Origin: Pseudomonadota bacterium
Lineage (GTDB): Bacteria; Pseudomonadota; Gammaproteobacteria; Steroidobacterales; Steroidobacteraceae
Assembly: GCA_039799645.1 (NCBI GenBank)
Contig: JBDLSG010000004.1
Location: 8,369 to 72,368 of the forward strand
Length of the DNA: 64,000 nt
Direction: 5' to 3'
Below the pieces are notes generated by a model, which saw only the letters and a program-made list of their open reading frames with translations, had not been told where the DNA came from and made no database searches. Positions 28,183 to 36,341 of this stretch are shown here, one piece after another (within the stretch, counting starts at the first letter, position 1; each line of letters opens with the position of its first letter). The position numbers and the translations under genes were made by a program.

Positions 28183-28949
28183 GAGATGGCCTCACGTTTA
28201 ATTCGAAAGTCGCACACGATGGGACGATGATCCGAGAGCCGGACATCGGGTATTCGAAAATCGAGGATGTCAATTTCGCGAGACACGAGCACGAAGTCGA
28301 GCTCGAACTGCGGATAGCGCGAAGGAAACGACGCGAGTCCGCCGACGTTCGCACTGCGCAGACCCGTTGCACTCATGAAGAGATAAAGCTCATTAGTCCC
28401 GGAAAAGGTGTTGAAGTCACCGGCGACGACGACGGGTTTTTGCGCCTTCAAAATCAAGTCGTGCAGATGACGTAGCTGCTCCTGACGGTGCCGATATCGC
28501 AACGACAAGTGAACGAGAAAGATGCAAACGTCATCGAGTTCCATCTCGATGATGAGGCGCTTGATGCCGGTTGGAAAATAATGAAAGCGCTCACCGGTGA
28601 CCCGGGGTGCCGCCAAGATCGCGTTGCCTTGCTTGCGCACGATCGGTAACTGGTGGTTGATCGAGGCCGAGCCATATTTGCATTCGTAGGCCGTGTAATG
28701 ACCCAAACGATCCGCAATGTACTCGGCTTGGTTCACGAGTCCGCTGCGCACCGAACCGGAATCAACCTCGATAAGCCCGACGATGTCGGGATCCTCGCGG
28801 CGTACGAATTGCGTGATGTCATCGAGGACGCGCCGGCTGCTGCGTAGGTAACCCGCACCCGGCAGCGGCAGATGAAAAGCCGGACCAGTACCGGTCGCAT
28901 AACGGATGTTGTAGACGAGTAAACGCAAGGGGGATTCAGCGGTCGACAC
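28179..28949 (-). CDS. Endonuclease/exonuclease/phosphatase (EEP) family protein
   Basis: 256 aa. RLLVYNIRY near the N-terminus, GDFN, and terminal SDHRPIV motif typical of the EEP fold. ATGA overlap with the FadB-like gene. Confidence 0.75.
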   Translation of the reverse strand: MSTAESPLRLLVYNIRYATGTGPAFHLPLPGAGYLRSSRRVLDDITQFVRREDPDIVGLIEVDSGSVRSGLVNQAEYIADRLGHYTAYECKYGSASINHQLPIVRKQGNAILAAPRVTGERFHYFPTGIKRLIIEMELDDVCIFLVHLSLRYRHRQEQLRHLHDLILKAQKPVVVAGDFNTFSGTNELYLFMSATGLRSANVGGLASFPSRYPQFELDFVLVSREIDILDFRIPDVRLSDHRPIVCDFRIKREAIS

Positions 28950-28989
28950 AGCGCGCAGTTTACGCCAAGGAATGCGACACTCCGGTCTC

Positions 28990-29039
28990 GGGTTAGCCCA
29001 TTCAAGTGTTCGTATAATGTATATTATGTTAAATACGAT
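28990..29039. promoter_or_regulatory. AT-rich divergent promoter region between the EEP gene and mtnN
   Basis: ttcaagtgttcgTATAATgtaTATTATgttaaatacgat is strikingly AT-rich for this genome. TATAAT at 29013-29018. Short inverted repeat TCGTAT(29010-15)/ATACGA(29033-38). No convincing -35 element. Confidence 0.4.
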
Positions 29040-29756
29040 ATGATCCTGCTGCTATCAGCGATGCCCGAGGAAATCGCCGCCCTGCGCGCCGGCCTGACGT
29101 CTTCCGAACTGCAGTTCGGCGCGGGCCGCGAGTTCGCGTTGGGCGCCATCGATCGTCAGCGGGTGGTACTGGCCTTCTCGCGCTGGGGCAAGGTTGCCGC
29201 GGCTGCTACAGCAGCTCATGCGCTTTCTCGATATCCTATACAAGCAGTTGTTTTTACTGGTATCGCGGGCGCGTTGAAGCAGGATCTTAAGATCGGCGAC
29301 TTGGTCCTCGCCGATCGCCTCTTTCAGCATGATCTCGACGCTCGTCCTTTTTTCGCGCCCACGGAGGTGCCATTACTCGGTCTTTCTGCGCTGCCGGCGT
29401 GTGCGACGCTCGCTGGGCGCCTCGAGGCAGCCTACGGGCGCTGGGCAGAAGCCGAACAGCAGGCGGGTCGTTCGGCTCCCACGTTACACCGTGGCGCCAT
29501 CGCTACGGGCGATCAGGTCATCGGTGATGAGGTGGCACGGGAGCGCGTTCAGCGGGTCACACCGGAGGCGCTCTGCGTCGAGATGGAGGGCGCGGCCGTG
29601 GCGCAGGTGTGTCACGAGTTTGGCCTGCCCTACGCCTGTCTGCGCATGATCTCCGACCATGCCGATGAGCGTTTGACCCCTGATCAGGTGTACTCGTTGG
29701 CGCGCCGGAGCGGCGAGACGACGCTCGGTATTCTGCGGCACTTATCTAAACCGTAG
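29040..29756 (+). CDS. mtnN: 5'-methylthioadenosine/S-adenosylhomocysteine nucleosidase
   Basis: MILLLSAMPEEI, FTGIAGAL, CVEMEGAAVAQVC, RMISD motifs of the Pfs/MtnN family. Confidence 0.8.
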   Translation: MILLLSAMPEEIAALRAGLTSSELQFGAGREFALGAIDRQRVVLAFSRWGKVAAAATAAHALSRYPIQAVVFTGIAGALKQDLKIGDLVLADRLFQHDLDARPFFAPTEVPLLGLSALPACATLAGRLEAAYGRWAEAEQQAGRSAPTLHRGAIATGDQVIGDEVARERVQRVTPEALCVEMEGAAVAQVCHEFGLPYACLRMISDHADERLTPDQVYSLARRSGETTLGILRHLSKP

Positions 29757-30081
29757 TACCCGCGACCGCCCAGCCCAAGACCCACACTAGGCCGACTACC
29801 GGCACTTTGATCGCGGTGCCACGGACTCGAGTCGTCGCCTCGACATCGTCGCTGGGCCAATCGTTTGCCACGCCAAAAACACTGCGCAAAGTCGCAAGCG
29901 GTAAGACCAGTGCACCCCAGTGGATCGTCTGCGTGGCAACGAGCGCGGTAATCGCACCGACAGCGATGATGTGCATCGCCACGAACATGGCCGCTGGCCT
30001 CGTGACTCTACCCGGCGCAAGTGCGGCAACGGTGGCCGAGCTCCACGCCAGCAGCGCAACGATGAGTGGATAGAAACTCAT
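29746..30081 (-). CDS. Small hydrophobic membrane protein (111 aa), unknown function
   Basis: About 4 predicted TM stretches. Starts 3 nt after the DASS transporter stop. Its 3' end overlaps the mtnN end by 11 nt. Confidence 0.55.
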   Translation of the reverse strand: MSFYPLIVALLAWSSATVAALAPGRVTRPAAMFVAMHIIAVGAITALVATQTIHWGALVLPLATLRSVFGVANDWPSDDVEATTRVRGTAIKVPVVGLVWVLGWAVAGTTV

Positions 30082-30084
30082 GGC

Positions 30085-31521
30085 TCACAGCAGGTACGGA
30101 ACGATCCATAAGCACACGGCGGCAATGGTGATCGCCCCTGCAAGATCGATCAACAGGCCGGCTTTGAGCATGGCCGTAATCGGTATGCGGCCCGTCGAAT
30201 ACACGAGCGCGTTGGATGATGTTGCAGCAGGATTCGCAAAGCCGAGATTCGCGGCCATGGCCGCGGCCAGCGCCGCTAGCACCGGGTCATAGCCTGCACC
30301 GAGCGCGAGGCTCGCCGCGATCGGCATGAAGATGGTCGCAGTAGCCACGTTGCTGGCTGCCTCCGTGATGAGCGCGCAGAGCAAGGCGATGGCGAGCAGC
30401 ATGGGTAGCAACGGCAAATCGCTCACGACGCCGAGCGCCTGCGCGAGCCACGCCGATAGACCTGATTTCACGACCGCATCGGCGAGCGCCAGGCCGCCAC
30501 CCAACAGCAAGATGAGATACCACGGGGCGCGCTTCGCGTCGTCCCACTCGAGCAGCGTTCGTGGTCGGCCAGGACCTGACGCGCCTGACGGTAATAGCGC
30601 GAGTAACAACGCTCCTGCGATCGCAATACCGGCATCGGTAATGCCCGTCACGTGTCGTTCGACGAACGGCTGAAATACCCATGCCAGCGCGACAAGGCTC
30701 ACGACCGCCACCACCCTCTTCTCGGGCGCGCCCATCGTCCCCATGACGCCGATCGCGGCGCGAATGGACTCGCGTGTTCCGCCATCGAACTGGAACGGCA
30801 AGGTGACGCGACAGAGAACCCACCAGGTAATGGGTAGCATCACCAACATGAAAGGAACGCCGTAGCTCATCCACTGAGCGAAAGAAATCGAGGTATCGAA
30901 ACTGCGCTCGAGAATGCCGACGGCGATCGAATTCACGGGTGTTCCAATCGGCGTGGCGAACCCGCCGATATTGGAGGCCAACGAAATGCCGAGAATCATG
31001 GCAGCGGCGAAGTTGCGCCGAGGAGCATCCGTGTCGGGAGAATCGAGGTTAGGCACGATGGCGCTGATGGCCGCGAGTGCGATCGGCAGCATCATGACGG
31101 TGGTGGCCGAATTATTGACCCACATCGACACGACAGCCGTGACCGCCATCACGGCGAACAGTAAAGAGCGTGGCTCTGGGTTCGCATGCGAAACCACAAA
31201 CAACGCTACACGTCGATGGAGGTTCCATTTCTCGAATGCCGCGCCGATCAGGGTGCCACCGAGAATCAGAAACAGCACCGGTGACATGTACTGCCCAGCA
31301 ACGGCGTCGGCCTTCGACACCCCGAGTAGCGGCAATAACAAGAACGGCAGGCTACCGGTTAGCGTTACGGGCACCGCTTCGGTGAACCACCAGCAACCGA
31401 TCAGCACCGTCAGAGCGGCGACGCGCCAGCCCTCGAGCGACAGACCGTCAGGCGCAGGCAATACCAGCATCAAAGAAAAGAGGCCTGCGCCTAGCCACAA
31501 GCCGACGCGCTGCAGACTCAT
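30085..31521 (-). CDS. DASS/SLC13-family anion (di/tricarboxylate or sulfate-type) symporter
   Basis: Start ATG 31521 (MSLQRVGLWLGAGLF) forms an ATGA overlap with the upstream stop. Polytopic. Motifs WWFTEAVP, SNIGGFATPIGTPVN and SNALVYSTG are typical of DASS hairpin regions. The 631-aa track ORF is an artefactual N-terminal extension. Confidence 0.8.
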   Translation of the reverse strand: MSLQRVGLWLGAGLFSLMLVLPAPDGLSLEGWRVAALTVLIGCWWFTEAVPVTLTGSLPFLLLPLLGVSKADAVAGQYMSPVLFLILGGTLIGAAFEKWNLHRRVALFVVSHANPEPRSLLFAVMAVTAVVSMWVNNSATTVMMLPIALAAISAIVPNLDSPDTDAPRRNFAAAMILGISLASNIGGFATPIGTPVNSIAVGILERSFDTSISFAQWMSYGVPFMLVMLPITWWVLCRVTLPFQFDGGTRESIRAAIGVMGTMGAPEKRVVAVVSLVALAWVFQPFVERHVTGITDAGIAIAGALLLALLPSGASGPGRPRTLLEWDDAKRAPWYLILLLGGGLALADAVVKSGLSAWLAQALGVVSDLPLLPMLLAIALLCALITEAASNVATATIFMPIAASLALGAGYDPVLAALAAAMAANLGFANPAATSSNALVYSTGRIPITAMLKAGLLIDLAGAITIAAVCLWIVPYLL

Positions 31522-33704
31522 GTGAACTCCCAGCCGTCGCTCACGAGGGGTAGTCGGCGCGGTCGGTGACCGGTCGCAGCATGAATGGCGCCCGCGAGCG
31601 CTGGCGCGACACCCGGTACGCTCGCCTCGCCCGCGCCGCCGGGCGGATGCGCCGTGCGCAGCAGATCGACCATGATGAGCGGCGTCTGGGCCATACGCAG
31701 CACCGGTGCCGAGTCGAAATTTGTCGATACGGCCGCCCCTTGCGCGAAGCGGATGTCGCCATCGATGGCGGCCGAGAGGCCAAAGACGATGCCACCGGAG
31801 ATCTGCGCATCGACCGTGCCCGGATCGATCATCAAGCCGCAATCGAATACGGCCGTGATCTTCTCGATTTGCACGCGACGCCCCGTGACTCGCACCTCGA
31901 CGACTTCGGCGCAGTACGAGCCGTAGGCGATGCTCAATGAAATCCCACGGCCACGCCCTTTCGGTAGCGATTTGTCCCACTGCACCAATTCCGCTGCGCG
32001 ATCGAGGATCGCGAGTGCCCGCGGATCATGTGCGCACAACTCGCGCCGTAATGCCCAGGGATCACGCCCAGTGAAAGTCGCGATATCGTCGATCGTGCTC
32101 TCGGCAAAGAATCCGTTTTGAGATTGAGCGACCGAGCGCCAAGTGCCGATCGGTACCGGTGCTTTGGTTTCCACGTAATCAGCGAGCCGAGCCGGCATTT
32201 GATAAAAGTCGTTGATAAGTAGCCCAGTGGCGAAGGGGTCGGCTACGCCCGGCGGCAAGTTGCGTTTTTGGAATGTGAAAATGCTCGGGCCGGTAACGCG
32301 GCTGTGCAGTGCTAGGAGGCGACCGTCGTCGCTCACGCCCGCTCGCGAGCGGGCCACGTGAGCCGGCCTGAATCGATCGTGCAGAAAGTCTTGCTCGCGC
32401 GTCCAAGTGAGCTTGACGGGCGTACCGGGTCGCTTGCGCGCCAACTCGCGCGCAATGGTGACGGTCTGACGCACGAAATCCGTTTCCCATTTTCGACCGA
32501 AGCCGCCACCGAGGAACGTGACATGCAGAGTGCATCGCTCGCGCGGCAAACCGGTGATCGCCGCGATCGCATCGCGACACCGATCGGGTTGTTGCGTAGG
32601 CGCCCAGACTTCGGCTCGATCGGCATGGACGACGGCCGTCGCACACAATGGCTCGAGCGCCGCATGGGCGAGAAATGGCACTTCGTAAATCCACTCGGCC
32701 TGCCGTGGCGCACTCGATAGCGCTGCCAACGTCGCATCACGATCGTACGCCGGTCCGCTCAGTGCGCGTCCGAGTCGCGCCTCGTTATCGGCATCGAGAG
32801 CGGTACGCATGGCTTTACGCAGTGCCTCACTCTCGAAGCCTTCGGCAGGCGCCTCGTCGAACTCGACCGAGATTTCTTTGGCCACCTGCCAAGCGAGCCA
32901 GGTCGAACTGGCCACAATGGCTATGCCCTCATCGACCTCGAATGCGTCGACGACGCCTGACCGAGCGAGAGCGGCTTCGCGATCGAAAGTTTTGATTCGC
33001 GAGGCCACCACCGGTGAGCGACGTAAAGCCGCATACAACATCCCGGGCAACTGCACATCGATACCGTAAACCGCTTGTCCCGTGACCTTCGGCGGGGTGT
33101 CCTTGCGCGGCGTCGTCCGTCCGACCAATCGATAATCTGCCGGTGATTTCAATGTCGGGTTCTGGGGCACTGGCAGGACGGCCGCTGGTACCGCCAGTGC
33201 GCCAAAGCCGAGCTGTCGACCCGAGGCACGGTGGCGCACGGCCGAGCGCTCGGCATGACATTCACTGGCCGCGACCTGCCATCGATCTGCGGCAGCCTGT
33301 ACGAGCATCTCCCGGGCACTCGCCCCCATCCGTCGCATGACATCACGGTAGATCACCACTGACTCACTGGCGGCCGTGCGATGCCGTCGGGTTATCGGGT
33401 TGATCAGCGCATCATCGGCCGTTGGCAAGGCGATCTCGACATCCGCCCAGTCTGCTTCGAGTTCTTCGGCGAGAATTTTCGCGAGCGCGTCGTGGATGCC
33501 CTGGCCCATTTCCGACTGCGGGCTCGTGATACGGATGCGACCCGTAGGCGTGATTTCGAGATAAGCACTAAAGCGCGCGGTTGAGTCGGTCATGAGCGCC
33601 GCGGCTGGCGCACTACGCAGCAACAGCCCGCCGCTCACAGCGATAGCTGCTTGCAATAATAGGCGTCTTTGCGGGTCTTGCAGGGTCAAGCAGCGCGTAT
33701 CCAA
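31518..33704 (-). CDS. Molybdopterin-binding subunit of a xanthine-dehydrogenase-family oxidoreductase (IorB-like), with Tat-type signal
   Basis: 728 aa. N-terminal twin-arginine signal (DPQRRLLLQAAIAVSGGLLLRSAPAAA). SEMGQGIHDALAKILAEELE motif. Size and architecture match isoquinoline oxidoreductase/aldehyde oxidase beta subunits. Confidence 0.8.
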   Translation of the reverse strand: MDTRCLTLQDPQRRLLLQAAIAVSGGLLLRSAPAAALMTDSTARFSAYLEITPTGRIRITSPQSEMGQGIHDALAKILAEELEADWADVEIALPTADDALINPITRRHRTAASESVVIYRDVMRRMGASAREMLVQAAADRWQVAASECHAERSAVRHRASGRQLGFGALAVPAAVLPVPQNPTLKSPADYRLVGRTTPRKDTPPKVTGQAVYGIDVQLPGMLYAALRRSPVVASRIKTFDREAALARSGVVDAFEVDEGIAIVASSTWLAWQVAKEISVEFDEAPAEGFESEALRKAMRTALDADNEARLGRALSGPAYDRDATLAALSSAPRQAEWIYEVPFLAHAALEPLCATAVVHADRAEVWAPTQQPDRCRDAIAAITGLPRERCTLHVTFLGGGFGRKWETDFVRQTVTIARELARKRPGTPVKLTWTREQDFLHDRFRPAHVARSRAGVSDDGRLLALHSRVTGPSIFTFQKRNLPPGVADPFATGLLINDFYQMPARLADYVETKAPVPIGTWRSVAQSQNGFFAESTIDDIATFTGRDPWALRRELCAHDPRALAILDRAAELVQWDKSLPKGRGRGISLSIAYGSYCAEVVEVRVTGRRVQIEKITAVFDCGLMIDPGTVDAQISGGIVFGLSAAIDGDIRFAQGAAVSTNFDSAPVLRMAQTPLIMVDLLRTAHPPGGAGEASVPGVAPALAGAIHAATGHRPRRLPLVSDGWEFT

Positions 33705-34300
33705 GCTTCTGCCGAGGCACGATCCGTGACGTCGGCATAGCGCCGACCCACATCGCGCAGCGTGTCGTTATGCGGCCCCTCTTCTGCGTCGCCACAACAG
33801 TCGGCGAGCACCTGCACCCGAAAACCGTAGGAAAAGGCATCCACGATGGTAGCGCGCACGCAGCCGCTCGTCGTACAGCCGGTCACCAATACCGTATCGA
33901 TGTTTTCTTTGACTAGAAAGGTGATCAGCGGCGTCTGGAAGAACATCGACGGCGCGTTTTTGCAGTACGTGAAGTCTGAGGGATCGTGAATCTTGGGGTC
34001 CATGGCCGTGCATTCGTGACCATAGAAAAACTCTTTACGAACGGCGGCGACCTTCCAGAGAGGCATGTCTTTGCTGCTGCAGTACGCGGTGTAACAGGCG
34101 GCAACCGGCAGACCGTGTTCTCTTGCGACCTTTAAAAAATTCGCGGTGTTGTCGCGAGCCTGATGCAGTCGATCCAGACCGCCGAGTTCGAAGCGCGGAT
34201 CCGTAAAGGCTAACTGCCAATCCACCACCAGCACGGCCGCCCTCTTACCGTAGCCGATGTTGCCGCTGGAGTAACCCACTCCGACGTACTTGTCCGTCAT
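33686..34300 (-). CDS. Isochorismatase-family cysteine hydrolase (N-carbamoylsarcosine-amidase-like)
   Basis: 204 aa. Triad context AAVLVVDWQ (Asp), a conserved Lys region, and TGCTTSGCVRATIVDA (nucleophile Cys). Confidence 0.8.
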   Translation of the reverse strand: MTDKYVGVGYSSGNIGYGKRAAVLVVDWQLAFTDPRFELGGLDRLHQARDNTANFLKVAREHGLPVAACYTAYCSSKDMPLWKVAAVRKEFFYGHECTAMDPKIHDPSDFTYCKNAPSMFFQTPLITFLVKENIDTVLVTGCTTSGCVRATIVDAFSYGFRVQVLADCCGDAEEGPHNDTLRDVGRRYADVTDRASAEAWIRAA

Positions 34301-34334
34301 GCTCTCCCCCGCTCGACGTTCGCTAGAGCCTTCG

Positions 34335-34376
34335 CAAAAGAAAAAAGTCCCCGCACCATACTCTGATGCGAGGACT
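34335..34376 (-). terminator. Rho-independent terminator after hyuB
   Basis: Minus strand reads AGTCCTCGCA-tcagagtatgg-TGCGGGGACT, a 10-bp stem with one G.U pair, followed by TTTTTTCTTTT. Confidence 0.8.
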
Positions 34377-34406
34377 TTCGTTCAAGGCCTGATCAGGCTC
34401 AAGACC

Positions 34407-36338
34407 TTAGGCGGCCTTGGAGCCCTTCTTCGCAGCCGCTTCGGCGCGCTTCATCGCCTCGGCAGCCACCGCAGCCCACTTGGTGAAGCGCGGCGCAGCC
34501 GGCGGATCAAAGCCCGTCTCGGCTTTGCAGCGCGACTTGAGTTCTTCGATCGATTCGAAACCACGATCAAAGATCTTCTTCTTGCCACGCTTGCTCGCCA
34601 TCTGCTTACGCAGGCTGGCAGTCGCCGCTTCATCGACGTTGCCATCGGCATCGACGATGACGCCATAGCGCTTGGCGCCTTCAACGGTCACGAGACCGGC
34701 GACGACGTCGAATGCAACTTGCTTGGCGTCACGCTCGAGCGGGTCACCCCAACCGCCGCCACCCCAGGTGTCGGCGATCAACAGGTCGCCCGCTTCCACC
34801 TTGACGTGGTCGATCTTGGACGGGAGCAACTCCTCGGTGCCGTCGGCGCGCTGTAGCAGCTTGCGGCTGCGGGCGCCCGGCTCACCGCCATTGGCGCCCC
34901 ACGGGTAGGTGAGCCAACGATCGTCGTGGATCGAGATCTCACCCGGCTCGAGGAAGCGGTAGCCAATGCGCAGACCGTTGCCACCACGGTTCTTGCCGGC
35001 GCCGCCGGTGTCCGCGATGGTTTCGTAGATGTCGATACGCAACGGGAAGTAGCTCTCGAGGAACTCGTTCGGCACGTTGGTGAACGACGGCCACAGCGAG
35101 TGACCGTCCGGACCATCGCCGAACGGCTTGCCCGGGATGCCACCGAAGGTGATCTGGTACAGCTGGTACCACTCGCCGTTCTTGTCGTAACCCGAATACA
35201 TGAAGTGCGGGCTGTCCGAGAAGCCTGCACCACACATGAAGTCGGGATTACCTTGACCCAGCAAGCCCGCGAGGATGTCGAAAATACGGCCGAGGGCGTG
35301 CGTACGGCACGAGAGCGCAGCGGGCTTCAACGGCTTCAGCAGCGAACCCGGCGGGATGCGCACTTCCATGAGGTCGTAGAACCCGTCGTTGAATAGGATC
35401 TGCGGGTCGAACACCATGATCATGTAGATGCCGGCGAACATCTTGAACATCTCTTCGTTCAACAAGAAGTTGATCGAAGAAATCGACTGCGGGTCGGTGC
35501 CCGTGAAGTCGAAGATGCACTTGTCACCCTCGCGCCACATGCTGCACTTGATACGGTACGGGCCCATGTTGAGACCGTCGTCGCAGATGTAGTCTTCGAA
35601 GTACTGCTTCGCTTCCGGCACGTTCTGACGGATCAGAGCCCGCATCGCGCGCTTGTTGCGATCGAGCATGGCATCCATGGCCGAGTAGAACACGTCATCG
35701 CCAAAGCGCTCAGAGATTTCAACGCAACGCGCTGCCGCCGTGCGCAGAGCCGCCGTGATCGCGTTGAAGTCCGAGAGGTTCCACTCAGGCAGTCGGCAGT
35801 TGTGCAGCACGACGCGCAACACGTCTTCGTTTAGCTTGCCGCCTTTGAAGATCTTGGTCGGCGGAACGACGATGCCGTCTTCGTAGATCGTGGTGCCGTC
35901 GGTCGGGAGCGAACCCGGGACCTTGCCACCCACGTCCGTCATGTGACCGAACATCGCCGCCCAGGCGATGATGCGGCCGCCACGATAAACGGGCATCAAC
36001 ATCAACCAGTCGTTGGCATGGCTGATGGCACCGTTGACCGAGTACGGGTCAGACGTCAGGAAGATATCGCCTTCCTCCACCGTGCCGTCGTAACCCTTCA
36101 TGAAGCCCCAAATGAACGAGCCGAACTGGCCGACGACCATTTTGCCGTCGGTGTTGGCGATCATCGGAAACTCGTCATGCTGCTCGCGGATACCGGGCGA
36201 CATCGCCGTACGGAACAGCACCGTGTCCATCTCGTAACGCGCATTGCGCAGTGCGCTCTCGATGATGTCGATGGTGACGGTGTCGACCTTGACCTTCTTG
36301 AAGGGCTTCTTGTTGCGCTGAACGATTGTTGCAGGCAT
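34407..36338 (-). CDS. hyuB: Hydantoinase B/oxoprolinase family protein (HyuB-like)
   Basis: 643 aa, collinear with the N-methylhydantoinase B/acetone-carboxylase alpha family (DPITIEIxxxAL-type N-terminus VDTVTIDIIESALRNA). Carries a Lys/Ala-rich C-terminal extension. Confidence 0.85.
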   Translation of the reverse strand: MPATIVQRNKKPFKKVKVDTVTIDIIESALRNARYEMDTVLFRTAMSPGIREQHDEFPMIANTDGKMVVGQFGSFIWGFMKGYDGTVEEGDIFLTSDPYSVNGAISHANDWLMLMPVYRGGRIIAWAAMFGHMTDVGGKVPGSLPTDGTTIYEDGIVVPPTKIFKGGKLNEDVLRVVLHNCRLPEWNLSDFNAITAALRTAAARCVEISERFGDDVFYSAMDAMLDRNKRAMRALIRQNVPEAKQYFEDYICDDGLNMGPYRIKCSMWREGDKCIFDFTGTDPQSISSINFLLNEEMFKMFAGIYMIMVFDPQILFNDGFYDLMEVRIPPGSLLKPLKPAALSCRTHALGRIFDILAGLLGQGNPDFMCGAGFSDSPHFMYSGYDKNGEWYQLYQITFGGIPGKPFGDGPDGHSLWPSFTNVPNEFLESYFPLRIDIYETIADTGGAGKNRGGNGLRIGYRFLEPGEISIHDDRWLTYPWGANGGEPGARSRKLLQRADGTEELLPSKIDHVKVEAGDLLIADTWGGGGWGDPLERDAKQVAFDVVAGLVTVEGAKRYGVIVDADGNVDEAATASLRKQMASKRGKKKIFDRGFESIEELKSRCKAETGFDPPAAPRFTKWAAVAAEAMKRAEAAAKKGSKAA

Positions 36339-36341
36339 GGA

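Noticed and set aside
31522-31980. N-terminal 153 codons of track ORF 30085..31980. Analogous extensions occur in ORFs 1171..2316, 40431..41471, 42235..42684, 39508..40827, 59832..61082 and 61311..62360.
   Set aside because: These extensions overlap the upstream gene in another frame, or the SAM riboswitch in the case of metX, and have Arg-rich nonsense composition. Internal starts give canonical N-termini and stop/start coupling.
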